64,000 nucleotides of DNA from a virus (taxonomy: Duplodnaviria > Caudoviricetes): the IMG/VR virus record IMGVR_UViG_3300037851_001309, positions 1 through 64,000 of that record, one strand, 5' to 3'. The notes under the pieces are model-generated. The model was not told the DNA's origin. It saw nothing but the letters and a program-made list of their open reading frames with translations, and made no database searches. Made by a program: the position numbers and the translations under genes. This document shows, one piece after another, positions 56,558 to 64,000 of the stretch. Numbering within the stretch: position 1 is the first letter of the stretch; the number at the start of each line of letters is the position of its first letter.

Positions 56558-58870
56558 CTACTCTTTTACAGGAGGTAAAAGTTTACTATCTGAATCTCTA
56601 TTTGCCCCTCCTGGGATCATGCTGATTAACATATTCGCTACATTAGGAGGACTTTGAGGAGGCACTGTGACATCATCAGAAAACTTAAAATAAGGAACAA
56701 CGGCTGCCTCTATTCCCAATTGATTGTTGGTTGCAAAATACGCTGCCATGGAATTTCCCTCTTCCGTAGCCATTGTTACAATATTTGTTGCAACATTTTC
56801 TTCTACTAGAAGAGAGGGGTCGTAAGCTTGATCAAGAAATATCTCGTTTGATTCCACCACCTTCCCTGGTCTGACAGAAATACCTCTCCCATATCTAAAG
56901 GCTCCTATAACTCTATAACCCCATTCATCTGTATAGGGGATAGTTTCATCCGTTATAGACTGCTGTTTACTGTCTGTGCTTGTTACAAGTTCATACCTTC
57001 CCGGAATAAGCGAGCTAGTCATCCCCTTTTCTCTTAGTAAATCTTCCAAAGCAAATTTGGGGTCTTTTCCATCATACTCGAAAGTTTTCTCCTTAATTTC
57101 CGGCGATTTAACAGGTACCTTCTTTCCTTGTTTAAAAGAAGCCTCTTCAGCCTTTATCTCTGCTTTTCTTTGCTCATTGATTTTATACTGATTATATTCA
57201 TTTTGTTGTTTAAGAACCTTCTCTATATCAGATATCTTTCTCTTAAGTTCTGCATCTTCTTGAGACTCTATAACATATTTATAAACCATATTTTTCTGTA
57301 TTGTATCATTAGAATATACCCGGATTCTTTCAGCCTCTAAAGATAAAGTAGTAGAAAAAGAACCCCCATAATCAAATGCATGATTTATTGACTTAACATA
57401 ATAGAAAGCATCTTTATGTGTCACATAAACAGGATACCCTAAACGAAGCTCAGGCCTACCCGGTATTGTTACTGACCCCGTATAGGCTTTTGCGTTTATG
57501 AGGCCCATCTCACCAACTGAATAGGATTGTGCGAGAGCGGACTCGGAAAGCCACCAGGAGTCGATTTTTTTGTGCCTATACCCATACTTCATAACTAAAT
57601 CTGTATCGACATGGTACCCAACTATATTGATCCAACTTGTGTCTCTGATATTTTGCTGAGGACTTACATGAACTTCTAAAGCTGTTATTATTTCCTCAGA
57701 ATTTATAGCAGAAGAGAAACTTATAATATCCTGGGGTTTAATATTGTATGCGGTAAGAGATTGAGTATTCAAATTAAAAAACGGGGGCTTAAATATAAAA
57801 TTTCCGGTCACATCCTGAAAAAACTCATATTGTATTCTATTCTTAAGCTCCGTGGCTATCTCAAGTTTTGTTTTGTATTCTGCTTGATCCAGGCTCTTCA
57901 TCTGATCAAATTCATGAAATACCTGAAATTTTCCAACTATTTTATCAAGCATATCAAAGGGTTCATCTACACCGGTATTTGTAGCTAGTTGAGATTTTTC
58001 AAAACCCTGATCTTCGGGAATTGGCTTGTTGACTGGATCATAAGTCACAGCCATGTTAGGATGTTCAATAAGTCTACCCGCCGCACCATACATCCTTAGT
58101 AGATTATTTCCATAAAGCCCCGCAAACCTCTCGTTCCAATATTTAAAAGATTTTTCATAAATATCAACAATCCGTGGGTCTGGATTTTGTGTCTTAGAAT
58201 TAGGGGTAAGTTTACCTAACCAAGCAGGGGTGATGAAATTTTCTATACCCATTTCTTTACACAAAGAATACATGATTTCAAAGGGGTTTGCCATCTCATA
58301 TCGGGAACCAAAGGCTGTTAGCCCCTGAACATGTTTCGCAAAAATGTTCGATTCTACAGAAGGTCGGAATGCTACCTGTATATATTGCCACCAGTGAAGC
58401 ATGTCTGCACACTGCAACTGAGTTTTATACAAACCATTAGAATAGCTTTCTTCTACATTAGTCACAAAACCCCAGAAAGCAGAATAATAACGGGGGTTCT
58501 TACCAACCAAAAATCTTCCTTTAAAATAAATTTGCACTTCCATCATTGGAGTAAAAACGGATTTTAATATAGATTGCCCAGTGCCATCTTTATAAGCTCT
58601 CCAATAGGAAGATTTCTCGTTATATATAGGTGTTGCTATCTCTATTGTTGCAGTAGATGATCCGGGAGGGTCAACATTATTTTGAATATTTATAGAACTA
58701 ATACCATCTCCGAAATCGGTTTTTCCAGTACTTCCTGTAATTGGGGCAACAAAGGAACTTCCTGTAGTCCCGTTTAAATAAACGAGAGCATCCGGAGCAA
58801 GTTTAATTACTCCTCTGCCTTTAAACTCAGAAGTCGAAAAAAGACCAGTATCGCTATCGTAACGTCCCAT
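56558..58870 (-). CDS. Baseplate hub protein (gp27/gpD-like) (770 aa)
   Basis: GSSTATIEI, QLQCADMLHW, YEFFQDVTGNFIFKPP, KYGYR..TGSVTIPGRPELRLGYPVYV..FYYVKSINHAF..FSTTLSL. Located between tube initiators and spike. Confidence 0.78.
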   Translation of the reverse strand: MGRYDSDTGLFSTSEFKGRGVIKLAPDALVYLNGTTGSSFVAPITGSTGKTDFGDGISSINIQNNVDPPGSSTATIEIATPIYNEKSSYWRAYKDGTGQSILKSVFTPMMEVQIYFKGRFLVGKNPRYYSAFWGFVTNVEESYSNGLYKTQLQCADMLHWWQYIQVAFRPSVESNIFAKHVQGLTAFGSRYEMANPFEIMYSLCKEMGIENFITPAWLGKLTPNSKTQNPDPRIVDIYEKSFKYWNERFAGLYGNNLLRMYGAAGRLIEHPNMAVTYDPVNKPIPEDQGFEKSQLATNTGVDEPFDMLDKIVGKFQVFHEFDQMKSLDQAEYKTKLEIATELKNRIQYEFFQDVTGNFIFKPPFFNLNTQSLTAYNIKPQDIISFSSAINSEEIITALEVHVSPQQNIRDTSWINIVGYHVDTDLVMKYGYRHKKIDSWWLSESALAQSYSVGEMGLINAKAYTGSVTIPGRPELRLGYPVYVTHKDAFYYVKSINHAFDYGGSFSTTLSLEAERIRVYSNDTIQKNMVYKYVIESQEDAELKRKISDIEKVLKQQNEYNQYKINEQRKAEIKAEEASFKQGKKVPVKSPEIKEKTFEYDGKDPKFALEDLLREKGMTSSLIPGRYELVTSTDSKQQSITDETIPYTDEWGYRVIGAFRYGRGISVRPGKVVESNEIFLDQAYDPSLLVEENVATNIVTMATEEGNSMAAYFATNNQLGIEAAVVPYFKFSDDVTVPPQSPPNVANMLISMIPGGANRDSDSKLLPPVKE

Positions 58871-58878
58871 AATTTATC

Positions 58879-59832
58879 TCACACGAATTTATGTTGGTTA
58901 GGATCCCACGTTTTGCTGTACAACTGTTGTCTCAACCTTAAATTACCCTGGACACTACCATCGGTCAATTTATATTCTAAAGCCTCACTCCAAGGAAGAC
59001 CTGTTTTCTGCTCCCACAATCTTTGTGTAGTCCGATCATCTGTAGCCCTGGGAGGAGTTAGATTTACAGTGGGTTCCACCCCAGTATAAACATCTGATAT
59101 AAGCTCTAATTCTTCTCCCCCTTCTTCTCTAACATAATCTGGATCACTTATAGATACAGGAAGTTTCTTATAATGCCCCCTAATTTCAGTCTCATCAGCC
59201 ATTAAGGAACTTATAACAAATTCGAAATTATAATTAAGTATATAAGGGTGTTCATCATCTTCATCCAAAGTAAAGTTTTGAAAATGACCTACGAAGTCCT
59301 GATTATCGTACATTAAATGAACACCACTCACCCTATTTATAACACGGGTAACATAATTAGAATCTAATCTATCAAAAAACTCATAACCATTGGTTCGATA
59401 AGCACTTAATAAGGCCAACAAATTCAAGTAAGAAAATGTTGTCTGTTGAACAAAATTTTCCAACCCAGTCCCAGGATTCATTGTTGCGGCGGTTTTCCCG
59501 GTTGAACTTATTGTATCCTGATTTGGACCCCATAATTGAATTTGCCAACCACTTCTGGTATAGGTCGTCTGATATGAACTTGTTTTTGCATGATTACAAC
59601 TTTCAGGATTTATTAGCATAATGAAATCAATGGGTGCCCCCCCATTACCCATTGTCACAATTCTCATCGGCAAAATCGGGGATATTGCCCCTGTCATAAA
59701 GTTTTTATCGCCAGTTACAGAAGACCCTGATGTAAAATACTGGTCCTGAGGATACAATCGAAAAGAGCTTGTACCTTGGGATTTTTGTAAGAAAACACCA
59801 GTTTTATCTCTTATGTATTGTTTAGACACCAT
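58879..59832 (-). CDS. Tail tube initiator-like protein (gp48/gp54-type) (317 aa)
   Basis: FIMLINPES..TYTRSGWQIQLWG..DTISSTGKT..GHFQNFTLDED..PYILNYNFEFVI. Paralogue of 59822..60532. Confidence 0.68.
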   Translation of the reverse strand: MVSKQYIRDKTGVFLQKSQGTSSFRLYPQDQYFTSGSSVTGDKNFMTGAISPILPMRIVTMGNGGAPIDFIMLINPESCNHAKTSSYQTTYTRSGWQIQLWGPNQDTISSTGKTAATMNPGTGLENFVQQTTFSYLNLLALLSAYRTNGYEFFDRLDSNYVTRVINRVSGVHLMYDNQDFVGHFQNFTLDEDDEHPYILNYNFEFVISSLMADETEIRGHYKKLPVSISDPDYVREEGGEELELISDVYTGVEPTVNLTPPRATDDRTTQRLWEQKTGLPWSEALEYKLTDGSVQGNLRLRQQLYSKTWDPNQHKFV

Positions 59833-60532
59833 ATATTGATCCCGGGTCAGTGAAAGAGAATACTGTTTCTTCAGATTTGAATGTTATTGTATAAATAAAT
59901 CTATATGGATTAGATGCATCCTCAGTAACATCGATACTTTCAAAAAACCCCCTATAGGCAGAATAACCATAAGAAAGCCAGATGTAATACCTCTCAGTAA
60001 TAAAGCCATTTTTATCGTATGTACAGCCGTTAGATCTAAATAAATCTATCAATCTTAAAAACTGTCTATACGAAACTGAATTTCTTCTTTGAGATACTGT
60101 AACCCCAACCTCATTATCATGTACCGCTGTAGTCCCCGTTCCCGCATATTTATAAAATTTTTTTACTGGAGATGTTTCACTTTCATGGAGCCTCGTTTGG
60201 TATATATCCGTGCCCCCTAAAACAAAAGTAGCAGTACTCCCCTGAAAAGTAATTGTATCAACCTCTTCCCCCCAGTGCTCTTCAAGGAAAGAAACCATAG
60301 TCTGTGTTCTGGTAACTATCTTCGACATATTATTACTGATTGAAGCTGGATTAACCATTAACTCAACACCATAAATAGTGTCTGTAGTATCTACCCCTTC
60401 TTGTGAAGGGTACTTCAGGGTTTTAACAGCCCCATCCCGGTCAATCATAGCCAGGATGAAAGGGGTATACTCAACGTATTTGCCCTTTGCTGTATGAAGA
60501 GCCCTCTTAACTGTTATATTGTCTTCTGCCAT
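59822..60532 (-). CDS. Tail tube initiator-like protein (gp48/gp54-type) (236 aa)
   Basis: ELMVNPASI..TRTQT..EEHWGEEVDTITFQGST..YRGFFESIDVTEDASNPYRFIYTITF. Directly follows the tape measure. Confidence 0.7.
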   Translation of the reverse strand: MAEDNITVKRALHTAKGKYVEYTPFILAMIDRDGAVKTLKYPSQEGVDTTDTIYGVELMVNPASISNNMSKIVTRTQTMVSFLEEHWGEEVDTITFQGSTATFVLGGTDIYQTRLHESETSPVKKFYKYAGTGTTAVHDNEVGVTVSQRRNSVSYRQFLRLIDLFRSNGCTYDKNGFITERYYIWLSYGYSAYRGFFESIDVTEDASNPYRFIYTITFKSEETVFSFTDPGSIYGV

Positions 60533-60536
60533 AAAA

Positions 60537-63500
60537 TTACGCCATATTGTTTATATGATCTTTATAGAAATAAGATCTGATCTCATTTGCGATTCTTTGA
60601 CCCAAATCTTTTTCATTAGCATTTACCGTTATAGTAATGTTCTTTTCTACTGGAGCAGTTGCAGTAGCCATCTTAGCTGACTCCATAACAGCCGGTTTGG
60701 GTGGCGTTGTAGTAAACCCTGCAGGCAACATGGGCTTGATTGCTGGGGAAGCTGAGATTGAGGCCATAGTCGTTGTGGGAGTTTTCGTCAGCTTTTCCAA
60801 AACAGCCGAGGCTGAATCAGCCGATGATATAGCCATCTTACCAGCCTCTTTGCTTATATCCCCAGCCATCTTAGGCATGGCCTTGGCCATCTTGGGCATA
60901 GCTTTAGTTAAAGCAGGGGTCACCTTAGCTAACCCAGGACCTAAGGCCTTTGCAGCCTTAAAGAACACGGCCTTTCCAGCCATTTTACCTATGCCACCCG
61001 CCGGAAGTTCCGTAGCTAATTGAGTAGCCATCTTAGTCATTTTTCCGATAACACCAGACTTTTCAAGATTCTCCTGTTCATCAACAGTTAATTTCCAAAA
61101 GTCAATAGATTCCTGGATCGTCTTCTCAAGTTCATCCCCAAGACCACTTACATTCTTAACCAAATCTTTGTTTCCTGTTGCCTTCGCAAGGCCCTCTGCT
61201 GCCGGAACGAGAAGTTTACTTGTAAACTTTGCTATTTGAGCAAATTCCCCCATCGTATCTTTTAATCCAGTTGAAACCCCTGTGCCTATCGATTCAGTTA
61301 CAGATCTTTTTTTATTGGGAGAACCGGTAGGTGCCGTATCAAATCCAGCCATAGAAGCAGGAAGGATAGTTTCTTTGGGATGAAGAACCACAGCACCTGC
61401 CTTTGTCACCATCTCTGGTTTCCTAAGACCCTGCTTTTTTTCTGTCGTTGTAGCTTTGGCTTTAGCTGGCTTTCCTTCTGCATCACTAAATACTATGATC
61501 GTTTCTCCGCCTTTTTCTTTTGTCAAACCCTTCTCTTTTGCAGCTTCCATTATATTTCTAGCCAAGGTTTCACCATATTTGGATTCTAATGCTTTCTGTG
61601 AGATCTTTCCACCCATTTCTCTCTCTGCTTTATTAAGAAGAGCTTCTTGGGCACCCTCATCTTTTGCTATCATAGCGCTCATTAGTGTAACCAATTCTGT
61701 ATTTCTCTTATTCAGTATCTCTAATTCCCTTACCGTATCATCTGCTTTTTCTTTCTGCTTTCTTGCATTATCTGCCGATTGACCCATCTCCTGAATTAAT
61801 TCTTTATTTTTTTCAGCAAAAACCTGAGGATCAACAGACCCAGAGATTACCTGGGATAAGAGAAAAATCTGATCCTCCAATAGTTTGGTATCTTTTGAAT
61901 TGGTTTTCTTTTCTTCTTTTAATTTTTTTACCATTTCCTTATATTTTTTAAGGGCTTGATCCTGAGACCCCTCCAAACTGCCAAGAAGAGTCAACTGCCC
62001 TGTCAATCTTTTTACTTCTTCCTTTGAGGCTGTATCGGTTTTTCCAGACAACTTATTAATACTTTCTATTATTCCTGTTCTTTGATCATTCATTGAATTT
62101 ATTACACCAGGGCCCTTAGTACCCGCATTTTTCAAAACCTTGGCCATTTCTTCAATATAGCGATCCCCCATAGTTTCATCCATATTTTTTATATCTAACA
62201 ACTTTTGGGACATCGCACTACTAAATTGAACATTATCGGATTGAAGAGAAGTAAGAGTGGACAGAAGATTAACCATATCACCAAAGACTGCCACGTCAGT
62301 CTCTGCCGCTTTTCCTTCTTTAAGAGCTTTGTAAAGTGCATCCGCTTGTTTTCCAGATGTTCTTTCTATATCTTTAGGTAGGTTTGCAAAAAGACCGGTA
62401 CCGAAAATACCACCACCAATATCAACTATACCTTCTTTCTTTAGCCTGTCCTTCGCCTCTTTTTGTTTCTTAGTAAATTCTCCTCCAGCAAGCTTTGTAG
62501 CCAGAGCTGACGCTGCTGTGGATATTTCATCGAGTCTAAGCAAAGAAACGGTTCTGTATTTTATATCATCCTCAGCAATTTTCTTTAAATCTTCAAGAGA
62601 TAAGGTGCTATTCCTAATCTTTTCAAAAGTGTCGTCATATGCTTTTCCCAAAGTTTTCTCTCCAACATCTCTATCTTTCAGATTACTTTGCTGAAGCTTT
62701 ACACCCATATCTGCTTTAACTATCAACTGCTCCAAAAGGCCAGATAACCCCTTAGTCTGTAAAGTCCCCTCAGATGATGCTTTGACCATATTTTTCAGCT
62801 CACCTAAAAACTTCGTGTCGGAAGCTCCTGCTTTGGTAAGTAGTTTTGCTTGACTTTCATCTATCCCCAAAGACTCCGATAGATCTTTCGCAATGGCCTG
62901 AAATTCATCAGGAGTGAGATTTTCATTCACCTGATTTAAGGCCATTAATAAGTTTTTCTGTGATTTTAACCCCAATATCGAACTCTCGGACATTTTTATA
63001 CCGGATGCTCTGATTTCTTCAAGTATCTTCTTCTGCTCTGCAGGGCTTGTGTCCTCTGTTAATTTTGACAACTTCTCATCAAGGATTTTCTTCTGCTCTG
63101 AACCTAAAGAATTATATACCTTAGAATTCTCATTGAAAGATTCCATCGTTTTTATTAAACTCTTATTATTTGCTTGTCCAAATTTACCAATGCCCACGAG
63201 ATTTCGAAGTTGATCTGCTGATTGCTGAGCCTGAGCAATGAGAAGACGAATTGTATCATCAGACACGCCACCCTTAAGAGTTCCTTGCATTCCTTTAAGA
63301 ATAGCAGCCATGTTGTTCCCTGTTTTAAGAGAAGTAATATTAGCCCCGGTTAAACCTTTAATCATATCATAAAGAAGAGCGGGAGTTTTATCGGATAGCA
63401 TAGCCATATCCTGGGCCATAGCCACGTCTCCACGATCCCTTGCAGATGCCGCCCTCTGGGACATTTGTTGAAATTTTGCCTGCTCAGCACGAGCTTTCTC

Positions 63501-64000
63501 TAAAGCATCCAAAGTAGCCGGATCTTTTGTTACCATGTATTTTTGCGTTAAAGAAAGAACTTCCTTACCCTTAGATTCTGCCTCTGCCTCATATTTTTTC
63601 TCTACCTCTGTAAACATCTTTTTAAGATTCGCACCGCCCCTTCGAGCAATATCGATAAAGGCCATGTTTGTTTCCATAGAACTCTTCTTAAAAAGCTGTC
63701 CCATCTCAGTAGCAGAGTCCCCAGCTTCTTTAGCACCTGTCAGCTGTGACTCTGTAAAATTCTTCATTGCTTTAGAAGCACCATCAATAAAAGAACCATA
63801 AAAAGACAAAGAGGCGGACGCGTTAGAAATTGCTTCCCAAAAACGATCTGTGCTCAAACCACTTTTTTGTGCATCAAAAGCAACATTAACAAATGCATCG
63901 TCTATTTCTTCGAGGTCCATGCGATAATTAGAAACTAAGTCTCCCATCCGAGCACCGACTGTTGACATGTCCATGCCAAAAACTTTACTGGCCTTGGCCG
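60537..64000 (-). CDS. Tail tape measure protein, 5'-truncated by window edge (>1145 aa)
   Basis: Long helical Ala/Lys/Glu/Met-rich protein. The frame stays open upstream of 63974 (AKASKVFG M..). C-terminal GAVVLHPKETILP and ITITVNA..LGQRIANEIR motifs are typical of tape measures. Confidence 0.85.
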   Translation of the reverse strand, partial: AKASKVFGMDMSTVGARMGDLVSNYRMDLEEIDDAFVNVAFDAQKSGLSTDRFWEAISNASASLSFYGSFIDGASKAMKNFTESQLTGAKEAGDSATEMGQLFKKSSMETNMAFIDIARRGGANLKKMFTEVEKKYEAEAESKGKEVLSLTQKYMVTKDPATLDALEKARAEQAKFQQMSQRAASARDRGDVAMAQDMAMLSDKTPALLYDMIKGLTGANITSLKTGNNMAAILKGMQGTLKGGVSDDTIRLLIAQAQQSADQLRNLVGIGKFGQANNKSLIKTMESFNENSKVYNSLGSEQKKILDEKLSKLTEDTSPAEQKKILEEIRASGIKMSESSILGLKSQKNLLMALNQVNENLTPDEFQAIAKDLSESLGIDESQAKLLTKAGASDTKFLGELKNMVKASSEGTLQTKGLSGLLEQLIVKADMGVKLQQSNLKDRDVGEKTLGKAYDDTFEKIRNSTLSLEDLKKIAEDDIKYRTVSLLRLDEISTAASALATKLAGGEFTKKQKEAKDRLKKEGIVDIGGGIFGTGLFANLPKDIERTSGKQADALYKALKEGKAAETDVAVFGDMVNLLSTLTSLQSDNVQFSSAMSQKLLDIKNMDETMGDRYIEEMAKVLKNAGTKGPGVINSMNDQRTGIIESINKLSGKTDTASKEEVKRLTGQLTLLGSLEGSQDQALKKYKEMVKKLKEEKKTNSKDTKLLEDQIFLLSQVISGSVDPQVFAEKNKELIQEMGQSADNARKQKEKADDTVRELEILNKRNTELVTLMSAMIAKDEGAQEALLNKAEREMGGKISQKALESKYGETLARNIMEAAKEKGLTKEKGGETIIVFSDAEGKPAKAKATTTEKKQGLRKPEMVTKAGAVVLHPKETILPASMAGFDTAPTGSPNKKRSVTESIGTGVSTGLKDTMGEFAQIAKFTSKLLVPAAEGLAKATGNKDLVKNVSGLGDELEKTIQESIDFWKLTVDEQENLEKSGVIGKMTKMATQLATELPAGGIGKMAGKAVFFKAAKALGPGLAKVTPALTKAMPKMAKAMPKMAGDISKEAGKMAISSADSASAVLEKLTKTPTTTMASISASPAIKPMLPAGFTTTPPKPAVMESAKMATATAPVEKNITITVNANEKDLGQRIANEIRSYFYKDHINNMA

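Noticed and set aside
26465-64000. Extracellular contractile injection system/tailocin rather than phage
   Set aside because: The tail block is contiguous with phage-type DNA replication genes, a sigma factor and a long tape measure. Head genes are simply outside the window, though their absence cannot be excluded from here.

Overview
The window is a 64-kb piece of a large tailed dsDNA phage genome (myovirus-like, contractile tail). It uses the standard genetic code, and essentially every credible gene is on the minus strand. Read in transcription direction (64000 -> 1) there are four blocks. (1) Tail/baseplate block, 64000-26465: tape measure (5'-truncated), two tube-initiator-like paralogues, hub, gp5/VgrG-like spike, a 3-fold-repeat small protein, gp25-like and baseplate J-like wedge proteins, and several very large fibre/wedge proteins, one with a YCF48/BNR propeller. 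(2) Replication block, 26348-19577: SNF2 helicase, degenerate DnaC-like protein, DnaB, stand-alone primase Zn-finger, PolA. (3) Accessory block, 19427-11792: sigma70-family sigma factor, GT2 glycosyltransferase, DUF2997-like + DUF1257-like + Ycf46-like AAA ATPase triad, vWA-protein C-terminal-like ORF, small hypotheticals, UvrD. (4) A second structural block, 11674-1, dominated by collagen-like fibres, including a >=989-aa gene that the ORF track misses because it runs off the window edge. The most notable observations are: a conserved intergenic motif (ATnATsTTCTrATAm) upstream of structural genes together with a phage sigma factor; about 279 uninterrupted Gly-X-Y triplets, Thr-rich, with a GT2 and an excess of D-S-(S/T) tripeptides in outer virion proteins; a pseudo-trimeric protein encoded right after the spike; and the Ycf46/DUF1257/DUF2997 module. 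No capsid, terminase, integrase, tRNA, CRISPR array or reverse transcriptase was recognised. All family calls are by motif recognition by eye, not database searches.
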